Source of the DNA: Dehalococcoidia bacterium | GTDB taxonomy: Bacteria > Chloroflexota > Dehalococcoidia > UBA2979 | Assembly: GCA_022451865.1 (NCBI GenBank) | Contig: JAKUNM010000001.1 | Span: 4,733 to 68,732, forward strand | Reading direction: 5' to 3' | DNA length: 64,000 nucleotides | Part shown: positions 20,347 to 31,241 of the stretch, one piece after another | Layout of the letters: each line of letters opens with the position of its first letter | Position numbering within the stretch: position 1 is the first letter of the stretch | Position numbers and translations under genes: made by a program | The notes under the pieces: generated by a model | Told to the model about the DNA's origin: nothing | Seen by the model: the letters and a program-made list of their open reading frames with translations, nothing else | Databases searched by the model: none

Positions 20347-21305
20347 TGGAAGAAAATATCGCAATCACTCCCGAATCTAATGAATTAATTAGTAAAAATG
20401 AATGGATATTAATTTGGAGGAGGCTTCGTGCAAAAAAACTTGCAATGATCTCTCTTGTTTTAATTATCATAATTTATGGTGCAGGTTTATTTGCACCTTT
20501 GGTTGCTCCATATTCTTACACGGAAACTAATCTTGACAGAGGTTTAGAAGGACCAAGTCGAGATCACTGGCTGGGTACTGATCGATTAGGCCGGGATATG
20601 TTGAGTCGATGTATTTATTCTGCACGAACAACTTTAATAGTGACGACAGCAGTAGTTGTGAGTGGTTCTCTAATTATCGGTAATGTATTGGGATTACTTG
20701 CCGGATATAAAGGTGGGTGGATTGATAGTTTGATTATGCGGATTGGAGAAGTTTTTTCATCTTTACCTGGATTACTAATGCTCATTCTAATTAATGCAAC
20801 ATTAGGTGAACGAGTTATTAATGGCGTGAGATGGTTTGAAGCACATACTTTTTTTAGTGGGATTGTCTCATCAGGAATTGCTTCGTACTTAACAGTTTTT
20901 GCAGCTTTATCGTTATTTTTTTGGGTAGGTACGGCACGTATTATTCGTTCTCAAGTCCTTCAACTTAGGGAAAGAGAATTTATCATTGCAGCAGAAGCAT
21001 TGGGGGCATCACCAAAACGTATAATTTTTGTTCATTTACTTCCAGGGGTTCTCTTTCTGATAATTTTACAGATTTCAGCAACCTTAGGTGGGATTGCTGG
21101 TTCAGAAATACTTCTTTCATGGTTTGGCGTAGGAGTTCAACCTCCAGCAGCTTCTTTTGGGGCTATGATTTTTCAAGGCTCAGGAGCTAGAACATTTCAA
21201 GCCCATCCACATCTTCTACTTGTTCCAGGTCTCATAGTAACTATTTTACTTTTTTCATTTGCTTTACTTGGAGATGCATTGAATGACGCAATTAGTAGTC
21301 GGTAA
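20346..21305 (+). CDS. ABC transporter permease (DppC/OppC-like)
   Basis: Six predicted TM helices, DppC-like N-terminus, overlaps the preceding permease stop. Confidence 0.8.
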   Translation: MEENIAITPESNELISKNEWILIWRRLRAKKLAMISLVLIIIIYGAGLFAPLVAPYSYTETNLDRGLEGPSRDHWLGTDRLGRDMLSRCIYSARTTLIVTTAVVVSGSLIIGNVLGLLAGYKGGWIDSLIMRIGEVFSSLPGLLMLILINATLGERVINGVRWFEAHTFFSGIVSSGIASYLTVFAALSLFFWVGTARIIRSQVLQLREREFIIAAEALGASPKRIIFVHLLPGVLFLIILQISATLGGIAGSEILLSWFGVGVQPPAASFGAMIFQGSGARTFQAHPHLLLVPGLIVTILLFSFALLGDALNDAISSR

Positions 21306-21398
21306 ATTTTCAGTTGACTGCATATTGGGGTTACAATATATTTCTGTTTTTTTAGATGTACGTATTAGTAATGACTAAATATTAGAGGTAGGTGTAAT

Positions 21399-22802
21399 GT
21401 GCAGGTTACTTCAGAAAAGCTAGAAAATTCTCTAGTGCAACTTGATATTGCTGTAGAAGAAGACAGAATGTCGAGTGCTATGGATAGAGCTGTCAGCAAA
21501 ATATCTAAGCAAGTTAAAATTCCAGGATTTCGATCAGGCAAGGCTCCTCGTAATATTATTGAACAACATGTAGGAAAGGGTGCAATTTTTCAAGAAGCAA
21601 TTGAAGAATTAATTCCCAGTCTTTATACAGAGGCAATAGAATCAGAGGCTATTGATGCAATTGATCAACCGGAAATAGAATTAATTTCTACTGAACCTCT
21701 TGAATTTCGCGCAATTGTGCCTATCAAACCTGATATCGACTTAAATGATTATAAATCTATTCGTGTTCCAAAGATTGCTGTGTCAGTTTCTGATGATGAA
21801 TGTGAAAATGCACTTTTAGAATTGCGCCGTCGTTTCGCAGTATTGGAACCGATTGATAGAGCTATTGAATGGAATGATATTGTACGTGCAGATGTCTCTG
21901 TTCAAATTGATGGTGAGCCTGAACCGCATGTTGAAAATGATGCCGAATTTGCAATTCGCGAAGGTACAGTAGTTTCTTTACCAGGATTTGTTGAAGCATT
22001 AATTGGCAGAGAGCGAGGAGGTCCTCAAGAATTTTCAGTAGATCTTCCTGAAGACTTCTCTGTTGAAGATCTAGCAGGGAAGGTTGCGAATTATAGTATT
22101 ACTATTCATGAAGTAAAAAATGAAATTCTTCCGGAAGCCGATGATGAATTTGCCTCGTCACTAGAAGAAGAGTTCGATGATATGAGTGCATTACGAACAA
22201 AAATATTCTCTGATCTTGAACTGCAAAAAGATAATATGGCAAAGGATGAATATCGCAGTGAGGTAGTTGATTTACTAGTGTCTAAAGCTACTATTGAATT
22301 TCCGCAGATATTAATTGAAAGAGAAATTGATCGTCTCATTGATATGGAATCAAATCATGCCTCCCATACTGAAGAAGGATTAAATCAATGGCTATCTACG
22401 ACCGGTCAATCTTTAGAAGAAGTTAGAGAAAAATTAAAGTCACCTGCTGAATTGTCAGTGAGACGCTCTTTAGTATTGGGTGAATTTTCTGCAAAAGAAT
22501 CCATCGAAGTTAGCACAGAACAGATTGATGAGGAAATTGACAAATTAATCACATCAATGGGTGGAGAGGTAGAAGCTTCTACAGAGCAGGTTCAGACTAT
22601 GCGTAGTCTTATTGACACTGACGAAGGTCGAGCGTCAATGCAAAATCAACTACTCACAAAAAATATTTTGGAAAGATTAGAAGAGATCGCATCACAAGAT
22701 GCTGAAGAAATTATAGCCACTGAACCTCAACAATCTAAACGTGGAAGACGCCGAGCTCAAAAAACATCTGATGAGGGTGTGGAAAAAATTGAAACTACAT
22801 AA
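21399..22802 (+). CDS. tig: Trigger factor
   Basis: GTG start. N-terminal ribosome-binding motif FRSGKAP, PPIase middle domain, acidic C-terminus. Canonical tig-clpP-clpX order. Confidence 0.85.
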   Translation: MQVTSEKLENSLVQLDIAVEEDRMSSAMDRAVSKISKQVKIPGFRSGKAPRNIIEQHVGKGAIFQEAIEELIPSLYTEAIESEAIDAIDQPEIELISTEPLEFRAIVPIKPDIDLNDYKSIRVPKIAVSVSDDECENALLELRRRFAVLEPIDRAIEWNDIVRADVSVQIDGEPEPHVENDAEFAIREGTVVSLPGFVEALIGRERGGPQEFSVDLPEDFSVEDLAGKVANYSITIHEVKNEILPEADDEFASSLEEEFDDMSALRTKIFSDLELQKDNMAKDEYRSEVVDLLVSKATIEFPQILIEREIDRLIDMESNHASHTEEGLNQWLSTTGQSLEEVREKLKSPAELSVRRSLVLGEFSAKESIEVSTEQIDEEIDKLITSMGGEVEASTEQVQTMRSLIDTDEGRASMQNQLLTKNILERLEEIASQDAEEIIATEPQQSKRGRRRAQKTSDEGVEKIETT

Positions 22803-22921
22803 AATTATTAACTTTAAAGAAAATGATACTTTCTCCTTTTTTAATATTAAGGTTATCTATGTAATTAGGTGTTATGTAGTACCATTAAATCATTATAAAA
22901 AATTATCGAAAGTGAGATTCA

Positions 22922-23563
22922 ATGAACTACCGTCCTCCGCGATTTGAAGATTTTTCGCCTGGGTTTCTAAAGCCTGAAAATATTGTGCCGATGGTAGTTG
23001 AAACAAGCGCTCGTGGTGAACGTGCGTACGATATTTATTCTTTACTTTTGAAAGAGCGGATTGTTTTTTTAGGCACTGGTATTGATGATCAGGTTGCAAA
23101 TAGTATTGTCGCACAGTTGCTATATTTAGATAGAGAAGATCCTGAGCGTGATATTTCAATGTATGTTCATTCGCCTGGTGGAATGGTTTATGCTGGTTTA
23201 GCTATGTATGACACCATGAACTTGATTCGTGCAGATGTTTCTACAATCGCAGTCGGTGTAACAGCTTCGATGGGAACAGTACTACTCTCTGCTGGGACTA
23301 AAGGTAAACGCTTCGCACTTCCTAATGCCACTGTACATATGCATCAAGCACTAGGTGGCGGATCTGGACAAGCTTCGGATGTCCAAATTCAAGCTCAAGA
23401 ACTGATGCGTAATAACCAAAAAATTCGTGAAATTCTTGCGAAAGCTACAGATCAACCGATGGATCGAATTGAACAAGACACGGATCGAGACTTTTACATG
23501 TCTGCTCAAGAAGCACAAGAGTATGGTCTCATTGACGAAGTTTTGTCAGCTCAAGGTGAATAA
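22922..23563 (+). CDS. clpP: ATP-dependent Clp protease proteolytic subunit ClpP
   Basis: Catalytic triad context: Ser in [12 protein letters not shown], His in VHMHQA, Asp near the C-terminus. [15 protein letters not shown] is the typical ClpP N-terminus. Confidence 0.85.
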   Translation: MNYRPPRFEDFSPGFLKPENIVPMVVETSARGERAYDIYSLLLKERIVFLGTGIDDQVANSIVAQLLYLDREDPERDISMYVHSPGGMVYAGLAMYDTMNLIRADVSTIAVGVTASMGTVLLSAGTKGKRFALPNATVHMHQALGGGSGQASDVQIQAQELMRNNQKIREILAKATDQPMDRIEQDTDRDFYMSAQEAQEYGLIDEVLSAQGE

Positions 23564-23592
23564 GATAAAGATAAATCCAACTTGGAGGTTTT

Positions 23593-24906
23593 TTGACAAG
23601 TTCTAATCATGGTAACAATATGCAATATAGTTGCAATTTTTGTGGGAAAAATCAGAATCAAGTTGTTCGCTTAATCGCTGGTCCTGGTTCCGTTTATATC
23701 TGTAACGAATGTGTTGATCTGTGTCAGGAAATTATTTCTGAAGAAAGTATTCCTACTGATTTAAGTGAATCACCTGAGAATGCTCGATTACTCACTCCTC
23801 AGGAATTGAAAGCTAAGTTAGATGAGTATATTGTTGGTCAAGATTACACTAAAAGAATATTGTCTGTTGCGGTCTATAATCACTTTAAGAGAGTTTCTCA
23901 ACAGAAAAAATCTTCATTAACATTAGATAAATCCAATGTTTTGTTAATTGGTCCAACTGGAACTGGAAAAACTGAATTTGCTCGAACATTAGCACGTGTT
24001 TTAGATGTTCCTTTCTCTATTGCTGATGCTACAGCACTTACAGAAGCAGGTTATGTGGGAGAAGACGTTGAGAATATATTATTACACTTAATACAAGCTG
24101 CTGATTTTGACATATCACGTGCAGAACGTGGAATTATTTATATAGATGAGATTGATAAAATTTCACGTAAAAGTCATAATCCTTCTATTACTAGAGATGT
24201 TTCTGGAGAAGGTGTCCAGCAAGCTCTCTTAAAAATTATTGAAGGTGCTGTTGCATCAGTTCCGCCTCAAGGTGGACGTAAACATCCACATCAAGACTTT
24301 ATTCAATTAGACACATCTAACATTCTTTTTATTTGTGGTGGAGCATTTGAAGGTTTGGAGCAAGTCGTTAGCAAAAGAACTGGAAAAGGTGTTAGTTCAT
24401 TGGGTTTTAACCAGTTGGCAGATTCCGCTATAGAACGCGATAGTTTGCGACAAAAAGTATTAAAAGACGTCACTCATGACGACCTATTGCAATACGGACT
24501 CATTCCTGAATTTGTAGGAAGGATGCCTATTGTAGCTGTTCTAGAACCACTTGATGTTGAAATGATGACTATGATCTTAACTCAGCCAAAAAATTCAGTG
24601 GTTAGGCAATTTCAACAACTTTTTGATCTAGATGGTGTCGAGTTGATATTTCAAGATGCTGCATGTACTGCGATTGCAAATGAAGCACTTGCTCAAAAGA
24701 CAGGAGCCCGTGGCCTCAGAACCGTCGTAGAAGAATTGCTTTTGGATGTGATGTATGAACTACCTTCGCGAGATGATGTTTCGAAATGTGTAATTGCTGA
24801 AGAAACTGTATTGAATCGAATGCGACCTTTGCTTGCTTCTAAATCAGAAAATATAGAAACTGCGGGCGAAATTGAAGATAAAGAAGCTGTTTCTGAATCT
24901 GCATAA
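23593..24906 (+). CDS. clpX: ATP-dependent Clp protease ATP-binding subunit ClpX
   Basis: TTG start after a GGAGG RBS. C4 zinc finger (CNFCGK...CNEC), Walker [16 protein letters not shown], sensor and LID regions. Confidence 0.9.
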   Translation: MTSSNHGNNMQYSCNFCGKNQNQVVRLIAGPGSVYICNECVDLCQEIISEESIPTDLSESPENARLLTPQELKAKLDEYIVGQDYTKRILSVAVYNHFKRVSQQKKSSLTLDKSNVLLIGPTGTGKTEFARTLARVLDVPFSIADATALTEAGYVGEDVENILLHLIQAADFDISRAERGIIYIDEIDKISRKSHNPSITRDVSGEGVQQALLKIIEGAVASVPPQGGRKHPHQDFIQLDTSNILFICGGAFEGLEQVVSKRTGKGVSSLGFNQLADSAIERDSLRQKVLKDVTHDDLLQYGLIPEFVGRMPIVAVLEPLDVEMMTMILTQPKNSVVRQFQQLFDLDGVELIFQDAACTAIANEALAQKTGARGLRTVVEELLLDVMYELPSRDDVSKCVIAEETVLNRMRPLLASKSENIETAGEIEDKEAVSESA

Positions 24907-24964
24907 CTGTGTGATAAATAATTCTTATATTGACTAAATTCTGTTTTATATCAATTATGGAAAA

Positions 24965-25744
24965 ATGAAGAATAAAAATCTGGTGAATCCCAAAAAACCT
25001 CGTAGACGGATAGATCAACTATTGGTTGATCGTGGCTTTACATCGAGTAGAGAAAAAGCTCGTGCCCTTATTTTAGCTAGAGAAGTTATGGTCGAAGGTG
25101 AAGTTATACTTCGTGCTGCAGCTCCAGTAGATCTGAATGCAAAAATTTCCTTGAAAGATCCTCAGAGATTTGTGAGTCGTGGAGGAGAAAAATTGGCTAG
25201 TGCTTTGCAAATATCAAAGATCGATGTCGAAGGAAAAATCTGTCTTGATATTGGTGCATCTACTGGTGGGTTTACGGATTGCTTACTTCAACATGGTGCA
25301 TCTTATGTGACTTCTGTTGATGTAGGTTACGGCCAGATAGCTACAAAACTTCGGAATGATGAACGTGTAAATGTGCAAGAGCGTACTAATGCTAGATATC
25401 TTGGACTAATTAATCCATCTCCTGAAATTCTAACGATGGATGTTTCTTTTATTTCTGTCATAAAAGTATTGCCTGCTGTACTACAATCTTTGAAACTAGG
25501 TGCAGATATTTTGTTATTAGTAAAACCTCAATTTGAGGCAGGCCGAAAGGAAATTGCATCTGGTGGAGTAGTCTACGATTCTAGAATACATGCAATTACC
25601 GTTGCACAAGTTGCAAAATGGTCTATAAATAAAGGTATGCGAGTACGTAGCGTTATCAAGTCACCTCTTAAAGGTGCTGCTGGAAATAGTGAATTTTTTT
25701 TGTGGCTTCGATATATGGATGTTTGTAAAGATGAAAAAATTTAA
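24965..25744 (+). CDS. tlyA: TlyA-family rRNA 2'-O-methyltransferase (hemolysin A-like)
   Basis: S4 RNA-binding N-domain (RRIDQLLVDRGF...) and an FtsJ-like methyltransferase with DIGASTGGFTDCLLQHGA. Confidence 0.8.
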   Translation: MKNKNLVNPKKPRRRIDQLLVDRGFTSSREKARALILAREVMVEGEVILRAAAPVDLNAKISLKDPQRFVSRGGEKLASALQISKIDVEGKICLDIGASTGGFTDCLLQHGASYVTSVDVGYGQIATKLRNDERVNVQERTNARYLGLINPSPEILTMDVSFISVIKVLPAVLQSLKLGADILLLVKPQFEAGRKEIASGGVVYDSRIHAITVAQVAKWSINKGMRVRSVIKSPLKGAAGNSEFFLWLRYMDVCKDEKI

Positions 25745-26618
25745 TTCCCCTCAAAGTGTAATGATTTGCTATAGCCCTTCTATAGAAGGTGCAGAAGAAC
25801 TAGCCATGGACATGTATCAATTATGTGTCGAAAATAATTTGCGATGTGAAATTAAACCTCTTTCAGATTCAATAAGTGAAATGTCTGATGATTTACTTAA
25901 ACAACTTTCTAATAGTGATCTTCTGATTTGTGTAGGAGGTGATGGTAGTGTTTTACATGCATCTGCCTATGCTTCATCGATGCAAATACCAATTCTAGGC
26001 GTTCGAATGGGAAGATTAGGTTTTCTAAGCGAATTGACTAGTCAAGAAGCTTTAACTGGCTTAAAACAGGTCATAAATGGGTTGTCTCGATTAGAAAGTC
26101 GATCAATTGTAAAAGCTCAACTTGATGGAGAATCTGAAATTTTTGCATTAAATGATGTCGTAATAGGTAGATCTACATTAGGCCGTACCGTTGCTGTTGG
26201 CGTGATAATTGATGGAGTTTTAGTTGCTGAATATCGAGCAGATGCTGTCATTCTCTCCACTGCTACAGGCTCAACTGGTTATTCTTTATCTGGTGGTGGT
26301 CCAATTCTATTCCCTACTTCTAAAGAAATGATTGTAATGCCTGTGGCACCTCACTTGACTCGTTCAAACGCACTAGTTATTCCACCTACAAGTGATGTTG
26401 ATTTTTATGTTGAACGAGGTTATGAAGCTGTTTTAGCTGTAGATGGGTTGTATGAATATCCTTTAAAATCTGGCTCAAAAGTTAAGGTTTCATCAGCTAA
26501 TCGATATGTTGATTTTGTCCGTTTAGGTGATGGATCACAATTTTATTCTAATCTTGCTGATAGATTGGGATGGTTACGAACTGATCATGTTCGTCATGAC
26601 TTAACTGAATCATGTTAG
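25731..26618 (+). CDS. nadK: NAD(+) kinase
   Basis: GGDGSVLHA (GGDG motif) and NDVVIGRS. The ATG at 25731 overlaps the tlyA stop; the track ORF from 25674 is a spurious N-terminal extension. Confidence 0.85.
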   Translation: MKKFNSPQSVMICYSPSIEGAEELAMDMYQLCVENNLRCEIKPLSDSISEMSDDLLKQLSNSDLLICVGGDGSVLHASAYASSMQIPILGVRMGRLGFLSELTSQEALTGLKQVINGLSRLESRSIVKAQLDGESEIFALNDVVIGRSTLGRTVAVGVIIDGVLVAEYRADAVILSTATGSTGYSLSGGGPILFPTSKEMIVMPVAPHLTRSNALVIPPTSDVDFYVERGYEAVLAVDGLYEYPLKSGSKVKVSSANRYVDFVRLGDGSQFYSNLADRLGWLRTDHVRHDLTESC

Positions 26619-26682
26619 AATCAAGATAATTTATTAGTGAATTTTGTCGAGAATTTTTATAATTAATCTTATCCTTGAACAT

Positions 26683-27177
26683 ATGACGAAATTAAATATT
26701 GATAATATTATTTCTGATTCTTTATTTCCTGTACCTGCCACAATTAATGATGGTGTCGGGATACAAGAATTAGTGAATCATTGGGCCGCTCAAGGTTTAA
26801 TGTTACCACGTACCTTGGCACAAACTTATGAAAATTTAAGAGATTTTTTTGTTGTTAAGGATGGACAACAAATAATTGCTTGTGCTGCATTACATATTGT
26901 ATGGGATGATATGGCGGAATTAAAATCTCTCGCTGTTGCACCTGGTCATCAGTCTGGTGGTTATGGTAGTAAACTCGTTGCTGCTTGTGTAGAAGAAGGT
27001 AAAAGGCTTGGAATGCAGCAACTTTTTGCTTTAAGTTATGAACCAGAATTTTTTGAAAAGCTAGGTTGGCAAGTCGCGAATGTAATGGAACTTCCTCGTA
27101 AAGTATGGAACGAGTGCTATCGATGTCCAAAATTCCCTGGGTGTAATGAAATCGCACTGACATATGATTTGGGATAA
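26683..27177 (+). CDS. GNAT-family N-acetyltransferase (amino-acid N-acetyltransferase-like)
   Basis: GNAT motif A HQSGGYGSKLV plus the surrounding fold pattern. Start is ambiguous between TTG at 26644 and ATG at 26683. Confidence 0.65.
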   Translation: MTKLNIDNIISDSLFPVPATINDGVGIQELVNHWAAQGLMLPRTLAQTYENLRDFFVVKDGQQIIACAALHIVWDDMAELKSLAVAPGHQSGGYGSKLVAACVEEGKRLGMQQLFALSYEPEFFEKLGWQVANVMELPRKVWNECYRCPKFPGCNEIALTYDLG

Positions 27178-27182
27178 TTATC

Positions 27183-27740
27183 TTGCAAAAAAAGAGTGAT
27201 AACTTCATTCCTAAGGTACTTTCGTCTGAGATTGTTTTAGAAGGAACGCCTTTTGATATAGAAGAAGCACATATACAATACCCTGATAATATTGAAACCA
27301 ACAAGATGGTGGTACTTCATCCTGGAGCTATTGCATTGATTGTGATTGATCATGAAGATCGATTCTTGTTAATTAATCAATATCGATATCCGACAAAGAA
27401 GATTTTGTTAGAAATTCCAGCAGGTACACGTGAACCTAATGAACAGCCTCTAGAAACTGCAGCCAGAGAAATCCGAGAGGAAATTGGGTATTCCGCTGAA
27501 AGTCTAGTTCACATAGGTGGAACATGGATGGCTCCTGGTTTTTGTACAGAATATATAGATTATTTTGTTGCATCTAACTTGTCTCATGACCCTTTACCAC
27601 AAGATCCTGATGAATTTATTAGTGAACCTATCAGAGTTACCTATGAAGAAATGATTAGTTTAATTGGTGACGGTAAAATCAAAGATGCCAAATCAATTGC
27701 TGGGTTTATGCTGTATCAGATATATAGGAGTAACGAATGA
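27183..27740 (+). CDS. NUDIX hydrolase (ADP-ribose pyrophosphatase-like)
   Basis: Nudix box GTREPNEQPLETAAREIREEIGY (Gx5Ex7REUxEExGU). Confidence 0.8.
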   Translation: MQKKSDNFIPKVLSSEIVLEGTPFDIEEAHIQYPDNIETNKMVVLHPGAIALIVIDHEDRFLLINQYRYPTKKILLEIPAGTREPNEQPLETAAREIREEIGYSAESLVHIGGTWMAPGFCTEYIDYFVASNLSHDPLPQDPDEFISEPIRVTYEEMISLIGDGKIKDAKSIAGFMLYQIYRSNE

Positions 27741-27863
27741 TCAATCTTCTAAATTAAATTGGAGACTATGACGTTTTGGTTGTAGTGTATTATATAATTC
27801 TTATAAGTAGCGAATTGTAGATTATGGTAGTTTATTTTCGAAGAATTTGAGTATAAGGACGTT

Positions 27864-28655
27864 ATGACACAAGCAACTTTAAGTAATTCCGAATCTCTTA
27901 ATCGTCGATATGGTCTTACTAAACGTTTAGATCGTTGGTGGTTCGAACCTTTACTTACAGGTGGCGGTCTATTAACTTTTGTGATTTATTCTTCTGTTTC
28001 TGCTTTACTTGGTCATTCGTGGGCATTTGAAACTGAACATGAGCTGTATCTTTCCCCGTTTTTTGAACCACTTATTACTCCGGAATTTTTGCCGATGTGG
28101 TTCTCACCAGCATTACTAATACTATGGGCTCCACTGGGTTTTCGAACTACTTGTTATTACTACCGTCGTACATACTATAGAGCCTATTTCCTAAGTCCTC
28201 CAGCTTGTGCAGTCCGTGAACCAGCTGGTTCTTATAGTGGTGAGGGAAAATTTCCACTCATTATTCAAAATTCACATCGCTATTTCATGTATGTTGCTGT
28301 TGTATTTGTGCCTATTCTTTGGCTAGGTGCTATAAAGTCGTTTTATTTACCTGGTGAAGGAATCGGGGTTGGTGTTGGTTCTATTATAATGACTTTGAAT
28401 GCTTTCTTCTTAATGATGTATACCGTCGGATGCCATTCTTTAAGACACTGGGTTGCTGGTGGCATTAATAGCTTTTCGAATACACCTCTACGACGTGTAC
28501 GTCGCAAAGTATGGGAAATTTTCACTGTGGCAAATGAACGTCATAAAGCTTGGGCTTGGACAAGTTTAATATGGGTAGGAGTCACCGATTTATATATCCA
28601 TTTGGTTGCTTCAGGGGTGATAACGGACCTAAATACTTTTACTGGTCCAATTTAA
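27864..28655 (+). CDS. sdhC: Succinate dehydrogenase/fumarate reductase cytochrome b subunit (single-subunit anchor, b558-like)
   Basis: Polytopic membrane protein with ~5 TM helices immediately upstream of sdhA-sdhB; conserved His residues in TM helices. No specific motif checked beyond this, hence moderate confidence. Confidence 0.6.
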   Translation: MTQATLSNSESLNRRYGLTKRLDRWWFEPLLTGGGLLTFVIYSSVSALLGHSWAFETEHELYLSPFFEPLITPEFLPMWFSPALLILWAPLGFRTTCYYYRRTYYRAYFLSPPACAVREPAGSYSGEGKFPLIIQNSHRYFMYVAVVFVPILWLGAIKSFYLPGEGIGVGVGSIIMTLNAFFLMMYTVGCHSLRHWVAGGINSFSNTPLRRVRRKVWEIFTVANERHKAWAWTSLIWVGVTDLYIHLVASGVITDLNTFTGPI

Positions 28656-28686
28656 ATCTCAGCTAATATTATATGAAGGGCAATTT

Positions 28687-30480
28687 ATGGCTGATATTGA
28701 AATTTTAGAATTTGATGTGTTAATTATAGGTGCTGGTGGTGCTGGATTACGTGCTGCTGTTGAAGCTTCTTCACGAGGTATGAAAACAGGATTAGTATGT
28801 AAGTCCCTTTTAGGTAAAGCCCATACGGTTATGGCTGAAGGAGGTATGGCTGCTGCCATGGGTAATGTCTGGGCAGAAGATAATTGGAAAGTACATTTCC
28901 GCGATACCATGCGCGGTGGGAAAATGCTTAACAATTGGCGAATGGCACAGCTTCATGCTCAAGAATCTCCTGAACGTGTTCATGAACTAGAAGAATGGGG
29001 TGCTCTATTTGATAGAACTAAAGATGGTTTGATATCACAACGTGACTTTGGTGGTCATAGATATGCACGATTAGCACATGTTGGCGATCGTACAGGATTG
29101 GAAATGATCAGAACCTTACAACAACATGCAGTGCATCAAGGCATTGATGTTTTTCAAGAATGCACGATCAATCGTCTTTTAAAATCTGAAGATGGTTCTA
29201 TATCTGGGGCCGTTGGCTATTGGCGTGAAAGTGGAAAATCGATAGTTTTCAGATCCAAAGCTATTGTATTAGCTACGGGAGGCTTGGGGAAAATCTGGTC
29301 AATTACATCCAATTCTTGGGAAGGCACAGGTGATGGTCACGCTTTAGCTTTATATGCAGGAGCAGAAGCTATTGATATGGAATTCGTACAATTTCACCCC
29401 ACTGGTATGGTTTGGCCACCTAGTGTCAAAGGTATACTCGTTACCGAAGGTGTCCGAGGTGATGGCGGTACTCTACGCAATTCTTCGGGTGATCGTTTTA
29501 TGTTTGATTACATACCCTCGATGTTTGCTTCAGAGACTGCAGATACAGAAGCTGAAGCAGATAAATGGTATGAGGATAAGACAGTTCGACGCACTCCTGA
29601 TCTTTTGCCAAGAGACGAAGTTGCTAGAGCAATTAATGCAGAAGTGAAGGCTGGTCGCGGTAGCCCACACGGTGGAGTTTTTCTTGATATAGCTTCACGC
29701 CGTGATTCAGAATATATCCAGCGGAGATTACCTTCGATGTATCATCAATTCATGCAGTTAGCTGGAGTGGATATCACTAAAGAATCTATGGAAGTTGGTC
29801 CTACAGCTCATTATGCAATGGGAGGGGTCCGAGTAGATCCAGAAACTGCTGCAACTACTGTGCCAGGTCTTTTTGCTGCTGGAGAAGTTGCAGGAGGAAT
29901 GCACGGTTCTAATCGTTTAGGCGGGAACTCTCTATCAGACTTGGTAGTGTTTGGAAGAAGAGCCGGGATTGGTTCTTCAGAATATGCTCAAACAGTTGAA
30001 GAATTACCAAATATAGATAAATCAGAAATTGATACGCGAATAGCCGAAATGCATAAACCATTTTCTGATGAAGGTTCCGAAAACCCTTATTCGATACATA
30101 GAGAACTTCAAGAAACAATGCAGAAAAATGTTGGAATTATACGTACAGAAATAGAGATGAAAACTGCTATAGAAGATATCCAATCTCTTCGAGATAGATA
30201 TAATTTGGTTGGTATTGAAGGAAATATGCAATATAACCCTGGATGGCATATGGCTTTAGATTTAGAACATATGTTGACTGTCGCTGAAGCAGTGACACGT
30301 GCTGCCTTAGAACGTAAAGAGAGTCGTGGTGGTCATACTCGTGATGATTTCCCTGAAACATCCACGGACTTTGGGAAAGTTAACGTTGTAATTAAATTAG
30401 ATAATTCAGAGGTTGTAGTGTCTCAAGACGAGCTTCCTGTGATGCCTGATGATTTACAACAACTATTTGAGGAGAACTAG
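28687..30480 (+). CDS. sdhA: Succinate dehydrogenase/fumarate reductase flavoprotein subunit
   Basis: FAD-binding VLIIGAGGAGLRAA, covalent-FAD His region, HYAMGG motif; ~600 aa. Confidence 0.9.
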   Translation: MADIEILEFDVLIIGAGGAGLRAAVEASSRGMKTGLVCKSLLGKAHTVMAEGGMAAAMGNVWAEDNWKVHFRDTMRGGKMLNNWRMAQLHAQESPERVHELEEWGALFDRTKDGLISQRDFGGHRYARLAHVGDRTGLEMIRTLQQHAVHQGIDVFQECTINRLLKSEDGSISGAVGYWRESGKSIVFRSKAIVLATGGLGKIWSITSNSWEGTGDGHALALYAGAEAIDMEFVQFHPTGMVWPPSVKGILVTEGVRGDGGTLRNSSGDRFMFDYIPSMFASETADTEAEADKWYEDKTVRRTPDLLPRDEVARAINAEVKAGRGSPHGGVFLDIASRRDSEYIQRRLPSMYHQFMQLAGVDITKESMEVGPTAHYAMGGVRVDPETAATTVPGLFAAGEVAGGMHGSNRLGGNSLSDLVVFGRRAGIGSSEYAQTVEELPNIDKSEIDTRIAEMHKPFSDEGSENPYSIHRELQETMQKNVGIIRTEIEMKTAIEDIQSLRDRYNLVGIEGNMQYNPGWHMALDLEHMLTVAEAVTRAALERKESRGGHTRDDFPETSTDFGKVNVVIKLDNSEVVVSQDELPVMPDDLQQLFEEN

Positions 30481-30482
30481 TC

Positions 30483-31223
30483 ATGCCAAAAGCAAAATTA
30501 CAAGTATGGCGTGGTGATGAAGATGGCCAGTATCAAGATTATGAAGTCGAATACGAAGAAGGTATGGTAATTCTTGATGTCATACATAAATTGCAAGCTA
30601 CTCAAGCTACAGACCTTGCCGTTCGTTGGAATTGCAAAGCTGGTAAATGTGGTTCATGTAGTGCAGAAATCAATGGTAAACCTGTTCTTCAATGTATGCA
30701 GCGTATGGAAATATATCCTGAAGATGAAACAATTTCAGTCGCACCTTTAAAAACCTTTCCTCTTATACGTGATTTGGTTACAGATGTGAGCTGGAATTAT
30801 GAAAAAGCTAAAACCATGCCTGAAGTGAAATTACAACCTGCAGATGCTGATGGAAACCACCGAATGGCTCAAATCGACGTTGACCGTGGACAAGAATTTA
30901 GAAAATGTATCGAATGTTTTATGTGCCAAGATGTTTGTCATGTTATTCGTGAACATGCTGAAAATATGGATGCATTTGCAGGGCCTCGTTTTTTTATTCG
31001 TTTAGCTGAAATTTCTATGCATCCTTTAGATTCAAATTCTAATGAAGCTACTGTTCAGCATGGCTTTGGATTGGAATATTGTAATATTACTAAGTGCTGC
31101 ACAGAAGTATGCCCTGAAGGCATTCATATTACTGATAATGGCATTATTCCTCTGAAAGAAAGAAGAGCTGACGTTTATTACGATCCTTTACGCGCTATTG
31201 GTCGTAAAATATTTAAACGTTAG
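30483..31223 (+). CDS. sdhB: Succinate dehydrogenase/fumarate reductase iron-sulfur subunit
   Basis: 2Fe-2S (CKAGKCGSCSAEING), 4Fe-4S (CIECFMCQDVC) and 3Fe-4S (CTEVCPEG) cysteine clusters. Confidence 0.9.
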   Translation: MPKAKLQVWRGDEDGQYQDYEVEYEEGMVILDVIHKLQATQATDLAVRWNCKAGKCGSCSAEINGKPVLQCMQRMEIYPEDETISVAPLKTFPLIRDLVTDVSWNYEKAKTMPEVKLQPADADGNHRMAQIDVDRGQEFRKCIECFMCQDVCHVIREHAENMDAFAGPRFFIRLAEISMHPLDSNSNEATVQHGFGLEYCNITKCCTEVCPEGIHITDNGIIPLKERRADVYYDPLRAIGRKIFKR

Positions 31224-31241
31224 CTAAAAAATTAAAAATAA

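Noticed and set aside
21312-21336. Promoter-like TTGACT ... TACAAT upstream of tig
   Set aside because: The spacer between the hexamers is only 12 nt, too short for a sigma-70 promoter; possibly coincidental.
22803-22921. Searched the clpP upstream region for CtsR (GGTCAAA repeats) or CIRCE heat-shock operators
   Set aside because: Neither consensus is present; only loose AT-rich similarity.
25674-25744. 70-bp overlap between tlyA and the nadK ORF as given in the track
   Set aside because: Artefact of ORF extension; nadK more plausibly starts at the ATG at 25731 overlapping the tlyA stop.
26855-27304. 149-aa minus-strand ORF antisense to the GNAT and NUDIX genes
   Set aside because: Lies entirely within well-supported plus-strand genes, has no motifs, and is an AT-rich shadow ORF. 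The same applies to the other antisense ORFs of 100 aa or more (4580..4957, 33179..33517, 35603..36007, 39110..39493, 41289..41639, 42426..42779, 48435..48836).
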